Positions 30,196 through 41,729 of a DNA stretch of 64,000 nt are shown in pieces. Source of the DNA: Geopsychrobacteraceae bacterium (GTDB taxonomy: Bacteria; Desulfobacterota; Desulfuromonadia; Desulfuromonadales; Geopsychrobacteraceae); NCBI GenBank assembly GCA_963662315.1, contig OY759353.1, positions 4,128,001 to 4,192,000 of the forward strand. Reading direction: 5' to 3'. Below the pieces are notes generated by a model, which made no database searches, was not told the DNA's origin, and was given only the letters and a program-made list of their open reading frames with translations. Positions within the stretch are counted from its first letter, which is position 1; each line of letters starts with the position of its first letter. The translations under genes and the position numbers were made by a program.

Positions 30196-31782
30196 GTGAG
30201 TAAAGAACTGCAACGGGAAGTTAGCAAGCGCCGCACCTTCGGGATTATCAGTCACCCTGATGCCGGTAAAACAACCTTGACGGAAAAATTACTGCTGTTT
30301 GGCGGGGCTATCCAGATGGCGGGAACGGTCAAAGCCCGGAAATCGAGTCGCCATGCCACCAGTGACTGGATGAGTATCGAGAAAGAGCGGGGCATCTCGG
30401 TATCGTCATCCGTCATGAAATTTGACTATCGTGATTATGAAGTCAATCTTCTGGATACTCCAGGTCACCAGGACTTTTCCGAGGATACCTACCGGGTTCT
30501 GACTGCGGTTGACAGCGCCTTGATGGTCATCGACAGTGCCAATGGTGTCGAGCGACAGACTGAAAAGCTGATGGAAGTCTGCCGGATGCGCAATACGCCG
30601 GTTCTGACTTTTATCAACAAGCTGGACCGTGAAGGTCTCGATCCTCTTGATGTGCTGGCCGATATCGAAGAAAAACTGCAGATTGAGTGCGCGCCACTGT
30701 CCTGGCCGATCGGCATGGGGAAACGCTTCAAAGGGGTTTATAATATCTACCGCAAAGAGCTGAACCTGTTTCGCCCCGGGAGTGATTCGCGCACGACTGA
30801 AACCGTGAAGATCTCCTCTCTGGACGATCCAAAACTGGATGAGATCCTCGGCTCTCAGGCGGACGAATTGCGTTCCGATATTGAATTGCTCGAAGGTGCC
30901 GCCAATCCTTTTGACTTGGAAGAGTATCTGCGTGCCAACCAGACCCCGGTCTTTTTCGGCAGTGCCATCAATAACTTCGGGGTACAGGAGATGCTGGACG
31001 CCTTCGTTGAACTGGCTCCGGCACCCAGTCCGCGTGAAACGGTTGAACGGATGGTCAGCCCTGCAGAAGAGGAATTTTCCGGTTTTGTCTTTAAGATCCA
31101 GGCCAATATGGACCCGGCCCACCGTGACCGGATCGCTTTTCTCCGTATCTGCTCCGGTAAGTTTACCCGTGGCATGAAAGTCCGTCATCACCGCCTGGGC
31201 AAAGATATCATTCTCTCCAACGCCACCATCTTTATGGCTCAGGATCGCGCCAACGTTGAAGAAGCTTTTGCCGGAGATATCATCGGCCTGCATAATCACG
31301 GAACGATTAAAATCGGTGATACCTTCAGTGAAAAAGAAACCCTGAAGTTTACCGGTATCCCCAACTTTGCCCCTGAACATTTCCGCCGGGTCAGACTCAA
31401 AGATCCGCTGAAATCAAAGCAGCTGCATAAAGGGCTGATCCAGCTGGCGGAGGAGGGCGCTGTGCAGGTGTTCAAGCCGGTCTCGGGTGCGGAATTTATT
31501 CTGGGAGCTGTCGGTGTGCTGCAGTTTGACGTTACCATGGAGCGCCTGAAGTCGGAATATAATGTCGCTGCGGTTTATGAAGGGGTTGATTATTCAACCG
31601 CCCGCTGGATTGAATGTGATGACCGCAAGCTGTTTGATGATTTTCAGAAGAAGAATCAGGTGCATCTGGCCCACGACGCTGAAGGGCATCTGACCTATCT
31701 GGCTGCCAGTGAATGGCGTCTTGGGCATACCATGGAACAGTGGGAGGGTGTACGGTTCCTGAAATCGCGCGAGCATAGTTAG
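30196..31782 (+). CDS. prfC: Peptide chain release factor 3
   Basis: [37 protein letters not shown] and FKIQANMDP. Confidence 0.97.
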   Translation: MSKELQREVSKRRTFGIISHPDAGKTTLTEKLLLFGGAIQMAGTVKARKSSRHATSDWMSIEKERGISVSSSVMKFDYRDYEVNLLDTPGHQDFSEDTYRVLTAVDSALMVIDSANGVERQTEKLMEVCRMRNTPVLTFINKLDREGLDPLDVLADIEEKLQIECAPLSWPIGMGKRFKGVYNIYRKELNLFRPGSDSRTTETVKISSLDDPKLDEILGSQADELRSDIELLEGAANPFDLEEYLRANQTPVFFGSAINNFGVQEMLDAFVELAPAPSPRETVERMVSPAEEEFSGFVFKIQANMDPAHRDRIAFLRICSGKFTRGMKVRHHRLGKDIILSNATIFMAQDRANVEEAFAGDIIGLHNHGTIKIGDTFSEKETLKFTGIPNFAPEHFRRVRLKDPLKSKQLHKGLIQLAEEGAVQVFKPVSGAEFILGAVGVLQFDVTMERLKSEYNVAAVYEGVDYSTARWIECDDRKLFDDFQKKNQVHLAHDAEGHLTYLAASEWRLGHTMEQWEGVRFLKSREHS

Positions 31783-31923
31783 TTTTCATCCGGAAACGGC
31801 CCTTTTCCGCTGTGGTGGTGTCAATCTGCGGGTTTTCTTGTGCGGCGTAAAGTACTACGCCTCCGCGCAACCCCTTGATCTCCTTGCCACAACAAAAAAT
31901 TGCTCGTTTCCAATCTGAAAACT
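31781..31923 (+). mobile_element. ~143-bp MITE-like structured repeat, copy 1
   Basis: Ends AGTTTTCA / TGAAAACT; 123/143 identical, ungapped, to the inverted copy at 54619-54761. Confidence 0.8.
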
Positions 31924-31985
31924 TAACTCGTTGCCCTTCGGAGTTTCCGAATGGCAACGAGTTAAGTTTCGTATTCAATATATTG

Positions 31986-32014
31986 AAAAAAGGACCTCTG
32001 AAAGGTCCTTTTTT
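31986..32014. terminator. Rho-independent terminator
   Basis: AAAAAAGGACCT-CTGAA-AGGTCCTTTTTT. Confidence 0.75.
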
Positions 32015-32217
32015 ATTGGTGTCTCTGGCAACAAGATAACACAACCTTTTTGGTACAATAATATCTGGGTTCATGATAGCTTGAGTGAATATTAGTTTAT
32101 GTTAACTGGTGCTTCTGGAAGTCCCGCTTTATCTTCCCGATAAGGAAGTGGACCTGGGGCTGATGCCCGCCCGGATTAAGGATGCTAAGACTATGATCAT
32201 TGCTGCGGGGAACCGTT

Positions 32218-34899
32218 GTGAATAAAAATATTGCTCTTGCTGCTCGCCTGAAGCGGCTCTCAATCCTGTTGGCGATGTCTTTTATCGTGATCGTGGTTGT
32301 CCTGTTTTACTCTCTGAACGGGGTACGTGGCAATCTGGACGGCATTGTGGCTCAGCGTTTTAAGGAAGTCGTGGATAATTCCCGTAACAGCCGTGATTTT
32401 GGGCTGTTGTATACTCGGTTAAGAGTGTTCGGAAAAAGCTTTTATAGTGATGAAGCTTTTTTAAAAACCGAAAGTAAGCAACTTGTTACGGAATTGGAAA
32501 ACCTGGCGTTCCGTATCGATAATCCGGAAATTACTGCTCAGTTGAGTGATCTAAGGGATGAGTTTCTGCGTTTCGTCAAACGTTGCCAATGGATCAATGT
32601 GCTGCTCGCCTGGCGTTCCGGGCAGGATGAGGATATTAACGAGCAGTTGGTCCTGGTGCAGGAGATCGTTGCGCAACAGATCATTCAGGTTGCGCAGCGA
32701 CAGGGTGATATCGCTTCTTTCGAGCATCTGGTTCTACTGCTTTCCGAGTACCGTGAATGTCTGCTGGCGATAGCTGGCGCCAATGGGCGGGAGAATAAGG
32801 AACAATTACTTAACGGTCATGCTTCTGCTCCTCCGCCGCTACAGGAGCGACTGAACCAACTGGTACTGCGTATGGACGTGCTGATTGCCTCGCCGCCACC
32901 GATCAATAAATTTGGTCGGCACCTGGTCAGTGCCCTCAAATATTATCAATACCTGATGCGCCTTTATCAGCTGGAAATGATCTTGTTGGGAGAGCAGGGT
33001 CGGGCTCTTGAACAAAAGACGACCCAAGTCTTGCTGGCCATGGAAATCTCGGACCAGTTGGCGGCTTCTTCTGTTGAAGAAACCAGGCAGGTGATTGATC
33101 ACAGCATCGTAACGACCCTGATTCTGGTTCTGTGCCTGCTGTCATTGCTGGCGGCCATGGCCTGGTTTTTCCTGCACAATTTTTTCACCCATCATATATA
33201 TTCGCCCATGGCGCAGGTCCTTAACCGCATTGAAGGGTTTCAGAAGGGCGATCTGGAAACACCAATGGTTCTGAAACGCCAGGATGAATGGAATGAATTT
33301 GAGCAAGGTTTTAACCAGATGCTTGGTTACATCCAGGAGAATGTCTCTGCACTGGTCGATTCTGAGATTCGTTACCGGGAAATCTTCACCAATGCGACCG
33401 AGGGAATTTTCCGGACCTCTATGACCGGTCAAATTCTCGAGATTAACCCGGCGGCCATCAGAATGCTTGGTTACGAGTCCCGCAAACAGGCGTTGTCAAA
33501 CAATTTTGATTTTGGCAGTGTTCACTATGCGGATCCAAAGATGCGCAAAAATATACTCAGCCGTCTTTATCGCACCAACCAGATCCAGCAGTTCGAATGT
33601 CTGCTGATTCGTCGGAATGGGGAAAAATTCTGGGCCTCACTGAATAATCGACTGGTTCGTAATGGCGCCGGTGAAATTCTGTATATCGAAGGAACCCTGC
33701 AGGATATTTCCATGCGCAAGGCGGCCCAGGAATCGTTGCTGAAATTGCAGATCTACCTGCAGAATATCATCGATTCCATGCCTTCGGTTCTGATCGGCAT
33801 TGATCCGGACCAAAAAATTTCACTTTGGAATCAACGGGCCGAATTGGAAGAGGGGTTGCCCGCAAGTCGGGTCATCGGGACCCCGATTCAGGAATCCTTT
33901 CATCTTGTTGATCCCGGACTCTACCTGGGCGCATTGCAGACGACGCTGCAAACTCTGCAACCGACCCGCCTAAGCAAACTGAAGGGGGCTGCAGATCAAG
34001 ACGATGAAACGGAACGTTATTTTGATATGTTGATTTACCCGGTGTCGGTGGAAAAGAACCGGGGCGCCGTTATCCATATTGATGATATCAGCGAACGGGT
34101 ACAGCTTGAAGAAATGATGGTCCGCTCCGAAAAAATGCAATCGGTCGGCAGTCTTGCATCGGGGCTGGCCCATGAAATCAATAACCCCCTGGCCGCCGTA
34201 TTGCAAAATGTTCAGGTGCTGAATCACCGTCTTTCCCCGGCCCTGGAAAAAAATCGCCGTGTTGCCGAAGAACTGGGAACGACCATTGAGGTTATAGCGG
34301 CCTATTGTGAACAACGCGGCTGCCTGAAAATGCTTAATTCCATCGCCAGCGCCGGTCAGCGGGCGGCAAAAATCGTTGAAAATATCCAGTCCTTCAGTCG
34401 TCGCGGAGATAGTGCTTTTGCCCTCAGCTCCTTGCCGGATTTACTGGAGCGAACTCTTGATCTGGCCGCGAGTGATTATGATATGCGCCATGAATTTGAT
34501 TTTCACAAGATCCGCATTCAGCGCGATTTCAAACCGGTTGAAAAACTGCAGTGTGAGCCCAGTCAGATTCAGCAGGTCATTTTGAGCCTTTTGAAAAATG
34601 CCGCTCAGGCTCTTAAAGGGAATAATATCCAAGATCCCTGTATTTCGCTGCGAATTTATGCTCCCGATGCCGCACATATCTGCCTGGAGATCGAAGACAA
34701 TGGTCCGGGGATAGACGAAGAAACGGTGCGCTGTATTTTTGATCCTTTTTATTCAACTCGTGAAGTTGGCCGTGGTACCGGTTTGGGTTTGTCGATTGCC
34801 TATTTTATTGTCAGTCAGAATCATAGTGGATCGTTAAGCGTAAAAACCGAGATAGATAAAGGAACTTGTTTTGTATTGGTGCTGCCGTTGAAGCGTTGA
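32218..34899 (+). CDS. Membrane sensor histidine kinase (HAMP-PAS-PAS-HisKA-HATPase)
   Basis: Two TM segments, LAHEINNPL, DNGPG and GTGLGLS; start uncertain (32200 or 32218). Confidence 0.88.
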   Translation: MNKNIALAARLKRLSILLAMSFIVIVVVLFYSLNGVRGNLDGIVAQRFKEVVDNSRNSRDFGLLYTRLRVFGKSFYSDEAFLKTESKQLVTELENLAFRIDNPEITAQLSDLRDEFLRFVKRCQWINVLLAWRSGQDEDINEQLVLVQEIVAQQIIQVAQRQGDIASFEHLVLLLSEYRECLLAIAGANGRENKEQLLNGHASAPPPLQERLNQLVLRMDVLIASPPPINKFGRHLVSALKYYQYLMRLYQLEMILLGEQGRALEQKTTQVLLAMEISDQLAASSVEETRQVIDHSIVTTLILVLCLLSLLAAMAWFFLHNFFTHHIYSPMAQVLNRIEGFQKGDLETPMVLKRQDEWNEFEQGFNQMLGYIQENVSALVDSEIRYREIFTNATEGIFRTSMTGQILEINPAAIRMLGYESRKQALSNNFDFGSVHYADPKMRKNILSRLYRTNQIQQFECLLIRRNGEKFWASLNNRLVRNGAGEILYIEGTLQDISMRKAAQESLLKLQIYLQNIIDSMPSVLIGIDPDQKISLWNQRAELEEGLPASRVIGTPIQESFHLVDPGLYLGALQTTLQTLQPTRLSKLKGAADQDDETERYFDMLIYPVSVEKNRGAVIHIDDISERVQLEEMMVRSEKMQSVGSLASGLAHEINNPLAAVLQNVQVLNHRLSPALEKNRRVAEELGTTIEVIAAYCEQRGCLKMLNSIASAGQRAAKIVENIQSFSRRGDSAFALSSLPDLLERTLDLAASDYDMRHEFDFHKIRIQRDFKPVEKLQCEPSQIQQVILSLLKNAAQALKGNNIQDPCISLRIYAPDAAHICLEIEDNGPGIDEETVRCIFDPFYSTREVGRGTGLGLSIAYFIVSQNHSGSLSVKTEIDKGTCFVLVLPLKR

Positions 34900-34971
34900 T
34901 AAAATATCCGGCTATTCCGAACGAATAGGCTGTTTTAACCGCGTTGAACTGCATGAACGGGGAGATCATTG

Positions 34972-35388
34972 ATGAGCGTGATTATCTGGAGAAAACACTA
35001 CGAAACCGGTATTAATATCCTGGATGAGGAGCATAAACAACTGCTGAATCTGATTAATCTTGTCTACAGCGCCATTCGTGACAAGAAAGGCCCCTCGGTT
35101 ATCGCAGCGGTATTAACCGATCTGGAACGGTACACCGTTGACCATTTTCAACATGAAGAAAAATTGCTGGAGAAATATGGTTATCCCGACTTTCAGGCTC
35201 ATTTACAAAAGCATAAGGCGTTTATCAATGAGCTAAAGGACAAAAAGGCCAAGATGGACAGCGATCAGGATGAACTGGCAAAAGAGCTGCTCCGTTTTAT
35301 GCGTGAGTGGCTGGTGAACCATATTATGGTGATGGACAAGAATTACGGTCCCTTTCTTGAAGCCAGAGTCGGGCGCTTTGTCGATTAA
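34972..35388 (+). CDS. Bacteriohemerythrin
   Basis: W..Y.TG..DEEH, HFQHEE, H...H and WLVNHIMVMD. Confidence 0.92.
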   Translation: MSVIIWRKHYETGINILDEEHKQLLNLINLVYSAIRDKKGPSVIAAVLTDLERYTVDHFQHEEKLLEKYGYPDFQAHLQKHKAFINELKDKKAKMDSDQDELAKELLRFMREWLVNHIMVMDKNYGPFLEARVGRFVD

Positions 35389-35420
35389 CAGTGCAGTCTT
35401 AATCCGGTATTTTGTCCCAT

Positions 35421-35453
35421 GCGGCGTTTCTGTTCAGAAGCAGCCGCTTTTTT
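35421..35453 (+). terminator. Probable terminator
   Basis: GCGGC..TTCTG..CAGAA..GCCGC followed by a T-run. Confidence 0.55.
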
Positions 35454-35557
35454 GTTATATAGTAGCAGCGAGTGATTGCAGCAGTCTGTAGCATGTGGTG
35501 CCGGCGACCCTTTCCCCGGCACTGCAATGTCTCACGTTATATGACATGAGGTTAACC

Positions 35558-36949
35558 ATGCAAAGAGCCGACAGAATTTCAATTAAAAAACTGCTGACAG
35601 TGCAGGAGCCCTGTGCTGATGTGACTGTCAACGGATGGGTCCGTTCTTCCCGGCGGGGCAAGGATGTCTCTTTTATCGCTTTAAACGATGGCAGCTGTTT
35701 TGCCACGTTGCAGATCGTTCTGACGCCTGGTGTGCCGGGCTATGATGCGGTTGCCAAGGTGGGGACCGGCGCCTGCCTGGCCGTGCGTGGATCCCTGGTT
35801 GCGTCGCCGGCGGCTGGCCAGCAATGGGAACTGCATGCTCAACAGGTCGAAATTGTCGGCGAGGCCGATGACAGCTACCCGTTGCAGAAAAAACGCCACA
35901 CCTTTGAGTATCTACGTTCCATCGCTCACCTGCGGCCACGCTCCAATACCTTTGGAGCTGTATTCCGAATGCGCAGCCAGCTGGCTTTTGCCGTGCATAA
36001 ATTTTTCCAGGAACAGGGCTTTGTTTACGTACAGACACCGATTATCACGGCCAATGACTGTGAAGGGGCCGGGGAGATGTTCCGTGTTTCAACCCTCGAT
36101 CCGCTTCAACCGCCGTTGGTAAACGGTCAGGTCGACTGGAAGGAGGATTTTTTTGGCGAGCGAACCGGCCTGACGGTCAGTGGTCAGTTACAGGGGGAGT
36201 TGTTTGCCACCGCTTTTTCAGATATCTACACCTTCGGGCCGACTTTTCGTGCGGAAAACTCCAATACCAGCCGTCATGCGGCTGAGTTCTGGATGATTGA
36301 GCCGGAGATAGCTTTCGCCGATCTGGCTGCGGATTGCCAGCTTGGGGAAGATTTCTTGCGCTACCTGGTGATCTATGCCCTTGAACATTGTCAGGAAGAC
36401 CTGGCCTTTTTCAATGACCGGATCGAAACGGGGCTGATTGCCAAACTGGAAGCCCTGGCCAAGGCAGATTTTCGCACCGTAACCTACACCGAAGCGATTG
36501 CCCTGCTGGAAAAATCGACCCAGAAATTCGAGTTCCCGGTGGCCTGGGGAAATGATCTGCAGTCTGAACATGAGCGCTATCTGACCGAAAAAGTCTTTGA
36601 CGGTCCTGTTTTTGTGACCGACTATCCCAAGGATATCAAGGCCTTTTACATGCGTCTCAATGACGATGGAAAAACCGTCGCTGCCATGGATCTGCTCGTA
36701 CCACGGGTCGGGGAAATCATTGGCGGCAGTCAGCGCGAGGAACGTTATGATCTGCTGAAAGAACGTATGATTCAGACCGGTATTGAACCTGATGACTTGT
36801 CCTGGTATCTCGATATCAGGCGCTGGGGGAGTTGCCCTCACGCCGGTTTCGGCCTGGGGTTTGAACGCTTGCTGATGTATGTCACCGGAATGGAAAATAT
36901 CCGTGACGTGATCCCCTTCCCTCGGACTCCGGGACATGCACATTTCTAA
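35558..36949 (+). CDS. asnS: Asparagine--tRNA ligase
   Basis: LTVSGQL, FGPTFRAENSNTSRH and GFGLGFERL. Confidence 0.97.
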   Translation: MQRADRISIKKLLTVQEPCADVTVNGWVRSSRRGKDVSFIALNDGSCFATLQIVLTPGVPGYDAVAKVGTGACLAVRGSLVASPAAGQQWELHAQQVEIVGEADDSYPLQKKRHTFEYLRSIAHLRPRSNTFGAVFRMRSQLAFAVHKFFQEQGFVYVQTPIITANDCEGAGEMFRVSTLDPLQPPLVNGQVDWKEDFFGERTGLTVSGQLQGELFATAFSDIYTFGPTFRAENSNTSRHAAEFWMIEPEIAFADLAADCQLGEDFLRYLVIYALEHCQEDLAFFNDRIETGLIAKLEALAKADFRTVTYTEAIALLEKSTQKFEFPVAWGNDLQSEHERYLTEKVFDGPVFVTDYPKDIKAFYMRLNDDGKTVAAMDLLVPRVGEIIGGSQREERYDLLKERMIQTGIEPDDLSWYLDIRRWGSCPHAGFGLGFERLLMYVTGMENIRDVIPFPRTPGHAHF

Positions 36950-38705
36950 ATATTTTTTCCGCAACCTGTCACTCCTCGTTCTGCTGTTCTTCCTGATCGG
37001 CAGCAGCGTCATCGCCCGAGCGGAAGATGACAATGCGTTGCTTGAGCGGCCGGTCCGCATTGGCGGGGATTATAATTATCCTCCCTATGAGTACCTCGAT
37101 GAGGCCGGCCTGCCGACCGGATACAATGTTGAGTTGACCCAGGCGATAGCCCGGGTGATGGGGATGGAGGTCAATATTCAACTGGGGTCGTGGGCGCAGA
37201 TGCGCCAGGCACTGGAAAGTGGCGATATTGATATCCTTATGGGGATGGCTCACACCAGTGAGCGTCTCGACGAGGTCGACTTTTCCATCCCTCATGCCAA
37301 AGTGCATCAGTCGATCTGGGTGCGTAAAGGGAACGTCACCATTAAAGACGTCAAAGACCTGGCCGGAAAAGAGGTTATTGTCATGAAGGGGAGCGTCATG
37401 CATGACTTCATGATCAATAACGGGATTCCGGCGAACCTGTTTATGGTGGAAACCCTGGCGGATGCCCTGCGCTTACTGGCGCGTGGGCAGCACGATTGCG
37501 CTCTGGTCGCAAAACTGCCAGGTGAATACCTGATCAGCGAATTACATTATGATAATATTCACCCCATCGCCCGTCCTGTTGTCGCCCAGGATTACGGTTT
37601 TGCCGCCAAAAAGGGGAATCCGGAAAAACTGGCGCGTTTTAACGAAGGGCTTGCCCTGCTGAAAAAATCGGGGGAATACCGCAAAATCAGGGAAAAATGG
37701 CTGGGGGTGCTGCAGCCCGAGCCGATCCCGTGGATTCGTATTATCCGTTACAGTGGGGTTATTCTTGGTCCGCTGCTGCTGGCATTGATTGTTTCGGTGT
37801 TATGGTCACGGACCCTGAAGAAACAGGTGGCTCTGCGAACCGAAGAGTTGGAACGGGAGATTGTCGAACGGAAGCGGGCCGCCGAAGAATTGCAGGTCCG
37901 GCAGAAGCAGCTGCTGCACGCCGATAAAATGACGTCGCTGGGGATTCTGGTGGCCGGAGTTGCGCATGAAATCAACAACCCCAATGGCCTGATTCAATTG
38001 AGTCTGCCGCAGCTGGAAAAAGCCTATCAGGATATGAAACCGATTCTTGATAATTATCAGACTGCGCACGGAGATTTTAAACTGGGCTGGTTCCCCTATT
38101 CGCGCATGAAGGAAGAAATTCCCGTCATGTTGCATGAAATGCTGGAAAGCTCGAATCGCATCCGGCGTATTGTTGAAGATCTGAAGGAGTTTTCACGCCG
38201 CAACGATTCGGGGCTTGACGATAAGGTTGATTTGAACGGTGTTGTCAGGGCGGCGTTGCGGCTGATGGATAATGCGCTGCGCAAGGCAACCAACCATTTC
38301 AAGGTGGATTACGCCGTCGGCTTACCTCCGTTCCGGGGGAACGGGCACCGGATTGAGCAGGTTATTGTCAACCTGGTGCTCAACGCCTGTCAGGCGCTTA
38401 CCAGTAAAGAACAGGGGATCCACCTGCGGACCTATGTTCTGCCCCATGCTGGTATGGTGGTGCTTGAAGTGCGAGATGAAGGGGCAGGGGCAGACAGCGA
38501 AACCTTGGAAAGGATGACCGATCCCTTCTTTACGACCAAGCGCGAGAGCGGTGGGACCGGGCTCGGGCTATCGGTTTCCGACGGCATTATTAAAGCGCAC
38601 CAGGGGCGGATGGAGTTTTCTTCGCCGCCAGGCGAAGGGCTGCGCGTACGGATTCTACTACCGATTTATCAGGATCAGGAACAAGAACAGGAAGAACATG
38701 GATAA
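36936..38705 (+). CDS. Sensor histidine kinase with periplasmic amino-acid-binding (SBP family 3) domain
   Basis: DYNYPPYEY SBP domain, TM segment, AHEINNP and GTGLGLS. Confidence 0.88.
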   Translation: MHISKYFFRNLSLLVLLFFLIGSSVIARAEDDNALLERPVRIGGDYNYPPYEYLDEAGLPTGYNVELTQAIARVMGMEVNIQLGSWAQMRQALESGDIDILMGMAHTSERLDEVDFSIPHAKVHQSIWVRKGNVTIKDVKDLAGKEVIVMKGSVMHDFMINNGIPANLFMVETLADALRLLARGQHDCALVAKLPGEYLISELHYDNIHPIARPVVAQDYGFAAKKGNPEKLARFNEGLALLKKSGEYRKIREKWLGVLQPEPIPWIRIIRYSGVILGPLLLALIVSVLWSRTLKKQVALRTEELEREIVERKRAAEELQVRQKQLLHADKMTSLGILVAGVAHEINNPNGLIQLSLPQLEKAYQDMKPILDNYQTAHGDFKLGWFPYSRMKEEIPVMLHEMLESSNRIRRIVEDLKEFSRRNDSGLDDKVDLNGVVRAALRLMDNALRKATNHFKVDYAVGLPPFRGNGHRIEQVIVNLVLNACQALTSKEQGIHLRTYVLPHAGMVVLEVRDEGAGADSETLERMTDPFFTTKRESGGTGLGLSVSDGIIKAHQGRMEFSSPPGEGLRVRILLPIYQDQEQEQEEHG

Positions 38706-40110
38706 AAAACTCTACCCGGCCTTCAGTGTATTGCTGGTCGATGATGAACTCCCCTGGTTGCGCAGCCTCAGCATGACGCTGGAAGGTCCTGGCGGGATAA
38801 CCAATCTGCTTCAATGCCATGACAGCCGCGAGGTTATGGAGCTGCTGGCACAGCATCAGATCGGCCTGGTCCTGCTTGATCTGACCATGCCTTATATTTC
38901 CGGTGAAGAGCTGCTGGCTCGCATTGTGACCGATTATCCCCAGGTGCGGGTCATTATTCTCAGTGGCCTGAATCAGCTTGAAACTGCTGTCAATTGCATG
39001 CGACTCGGGGCCTTTGACTACTTCGTTAAAACTGTTGATGAAGAACGGCTGGTTGAAGGGGTGCGCCGGGCGATTCGCATGATCGAGCTGGAGCATGAAA
39101 ACCTCGATATCCGTCGGCGTTTGTTGGGTGGCCAACTGGATTCTCCTGAGGCCTTTTCTTCTATTGTGACCAATAACGCGGCAATGCGGGCCCGTTTTCA
39201 ATACCTAGAGGCCGTTGCGCCCAGTTCCCAGCCGATTCTTATCACCGGAGAGAGTGGGGTCGGCAAAGAACTGGTTGCCAGAGCGATTCATGAACTGAGT
39301 GGCAACAGTGGTGAGCTGGTCTCGGTCAATGTCGCCGGAGTCGATGACAGTGTTTTTGCCGATACCCTGTTTGGTCATGTGCGCGGTGCGTTTACCGGGG
39401 CGGACAGTGTGCGGCGCGGCATGATTGAAACCGCGGCAGGGGGCACCCTGTTTCTCGACGAAATAGGAGACTTAAGTCCCGCATCCCAGGTTAAACTGTT
39501 ACGGTTGTTGCAGGATGGCGAATACTACCCCCTTGGCAGTGACAAGGTGAAACAGATGAATGCCCGGGTGGTAGTCGCAACCCATGCCGATCTTGACGCC
39601 AGAATGGCCAAAGGTGAATTTCGGCGCGATCTTTATTACCGGTTACTGGCCCATCACGTCCACCTGCCGCCTCTGCGCGAGCGTAAAGATGACCTGCCGC
39701 TCCTGCTTGACTATTTTCTGAAAGTTGCCGCTGAAAAACTGGGTAAAAAGAAACCGACCGCACCACGGGAGCTTGTTGTGCTGTTGTCGACCTATCATTT
39801 CCCGGGGAATATTCGCGAGCTCGAATCGATGATATACGATGCGGTCAGTTTGCATCAGGGGAAAACCCTGTCGATGAAAAGTTTTCTTGAACGCATTGAA
39901 GGAGCGCAGGTTCCTGAACCTGAGCATGATCTGGTTTCCGGCAGCAGTCCTTTTGCCGGGCTTGAAGAGTTGCCGACCCTGCAACAGTCTGCTGCATTGC
40001 TGATTGAAGAGGCGCTGCAACGTTCAGGTGGCAACCAGTCGGTGGCTGCCCGGTTGCTGGGGATTTCGCAACCGGCGCTCAGTAAGCGCTTACGTCAGGA
40101 ACGTTCCTGA
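38698..40110 (+). CDS. Sigma54-dependent response regulator (NtrC family)
   Basis: [26 protein letters not shown] and Fis-type HTH. Confidence 0.92.
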   Translation: MDKKLYPAFSVLLVDDELPWLRSLSMTLEGPGGITNLLQCHDSREVMELLAQHQIGLVLLDLTMPYISGEELLARIVTDYPQVRVIILSGLNQLETAVNCMRLGAFDYFVKTVDEERLVEGVRRAIRMIELEHENLDIRRRLLGGQLDSPEAFSSIVTNNAAMRARFQYLEAVAPSSQPILITGESGVGKELVARAIHELSGNSGELVSVNVAGVDDSVFADTLFGHVRGAFTGADSVRRGMIETAAGGTLFLDEIGDLSPASQVKLLRLLQDGEYYPLGSDKVKQMNARVVVATHADLDARMAKGEFRRDLYYRLLAHHVHLPPLRERKDDLPLLLDYFLKVAAEKLGKKKPTAPRELVVLLSTYHFPGNIRELESMIYDAVSLHQGKTLSMKSFLERIEGAQVPEPEHDLVSGSSPFAGLEELPTLQQSAALLIEEALQRSGGNQSVAARLLGISQPALSKRLRQERS

Positions 40111-40305
40111 AGAGCCGTGAACCCCTATAATAAAAGTTATAATTATGACTTTGGTTATAGGGGTTGTAACCTTACGAAAATATTGAGGTATATCTGTTTT
40201 TTGAGAGATTCTAGTTGTTTGGTTATAAAAATCATTTTTCCTTCCTATTGTGGTCTGTTCCTTTAAACTACTGAACTTAAACAAGGTTTTCTGCTCAGCT
40301 GTTTC

Positions 40306-40321
40306 TGGTATCAAACTTGCT
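40306..40321 (+). promoter_or_regulatory. Sigma54 -24/-12 promoter of the TAXI-TRAP operon
   Basis: TGGTATCAAACTTGCT (GG-N10-GC) downstream of the bEBP gene. Confidence 0.7.
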
Positions 40322-40469
40322 CATTAGAGAATTTACGCTAGACTTGTAGCGTTTGCTAAGATTCATCACCAAAGATCGAATACCAATCAGCGGATGTTGT
40401 GCGACATTCTAACCCTGTATCCTACAATCGCAGCAACATTCTACCCTATCATCGAAGAGGAGGAGTTTT

Positions 40470-41447
40470 ATGAAGAAGGTGTTCATGTACCTGTTGGCTT
40501 TTGCTGTTGCCGCAAGTTTTATTCCGGTCAGTATGGCTACTGCTGTTGAAAACCAGTTTGTTACCATCGGTACCGGTGGCGTGACCGGTGTTTATTATCC
40601 GACCGGCGGCGCTATCTGCCGACTGGTGAATAAAACCAGAAAAGAGCATGGCATCCGTTGTTCGGTTGAGAGTACCGGCGGCTCCGTTTACAACCTGAAC
40701 GCTATCGCCAATGGCGAACTTGATATGGGTGTTGCCCAGTCCGACTGGCAGTATCATGCTTATAACGGCACCAGCAAATTTCAAGAAGCTGGCGCAAACA
40801 AGGACCTGCGCGCCGTGTTCTCTGTTCACCCCGAACCGTTCACCGTTGTTGCCCGTGCTGATTCAGGTATCAAGAACTTTGCCGATCTCAAAGGCAAACG
40901 CGTTAACGTTGGCAACCCGGGTTCCGGTCAGCGTGGCACCATGGAAGTTGTCATGAACGCAATGGGCTGGACCATGGATGATTTCAAACTGGCTTCCGAG
41001 CTGAAGTCCGCTGAGCAGGCAGCTGCTCTGTGCGACAACAAAGTTGACGCCATGGTTTTCGTTGTTGGGCACCCCAGTGGTTCCATCAAGGAAGCGACCA
41101 CCTCTTGTGATTCAGTTCTGGTAAACGTTGCTGGTCCTGCTATTGACAAACTGGTCAAAGAGAACTCTTACTATCGCTATGCCACCATCCCTGGCGGTAT
41201 GTATCGCGGTACTGACGAAGACACCAAAACCTTCGGTGTTGGTGCGACTTTTGTTTCTTCAGCTAAAGTTCCTGAAGACGTGATTTACAATGTCGTAAAA
41301 GCTGTTTTTGAAAACTTTGACGATTTCAAAAAGCTCCACCCCGCTTTTGAAAACCTGAAAAAAGAAGAAATGATCAAAGACGGCCTGTCAGCTCCTCTGC
41401 ATGCCGGTGCTGCCAAGTACTACAAAGAAGCTGGCCTTTTGAAATAA
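40470..41447 (+). CDS. TAXI-family TRAP transporter solute-binding protein
   Basis: [28 protein letters not shown] and PLHAGA. Confidence 0.93.
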   Translation: MKKVFMYLLAFAVAASFIPVSMATAVENQFVTIGTGGVTGVYYPTGGAICRLVNKTRKEHGIRCSVESTGGSVYNLNAIANGELDMGVAQSDWQYHAYNGTSKFQEAGANKDLRAVFSVHPEPFTVVARADSGIKNFADLKGKRVNVGNPGSGQRGTMEVVMNAMGWTMDDFKLASELKSAEQAAALCDNKVDAMVFVVGHPSGSIKEATTSCDSVLVNVAGPAIDKLVKENSYYRYATIPGGMYRGTDEDTKTFGVGATFVSSAKVPEDVIYNVVKAVFENFDDFKKLHPAFENLKKEEMIKDGLSAPLHAGAAKYYKEAGLLK

Positions 41448-41468
41448 ACATGAGCGGCTTGCTCTAGC

Positions 41469-41509
41469 AAAATGGGAATGCACCGCGATTTGCGGGGCAT
41501 TCCCATTTT
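41469..41509. terminator. Hairpin terminator after TAXI gene
   Basis: AAAATGGGAATGC...GCATTCCCATTTT. Confidence 0.65.
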
Positions 41510-41729
41510 CAAGTTGTTCCAACTCTCCAAAAGCTATCCTGTTAGGCAAGCTTCACCTTGTTTAGTTGGCAAAAACAAAATGTAAAGTTGCCTGTTTTTG
41601 TTCTACCCCACTGGGGTCCCTGTTTACCGTTTAGCAACAAACTAATGCGAAACTGAATGTCTGCTGGCAAAAGCAAACCTTCCTGGTTGACGTCAGCCTG
41701 AACATCTACCTTCGCGAGGATTTCATGTT

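Noticed and set aside
32118..32200. Hairpin-forming leader before the PAS kinase
   Set aside because: No match to any riboswitch consensus I recognise
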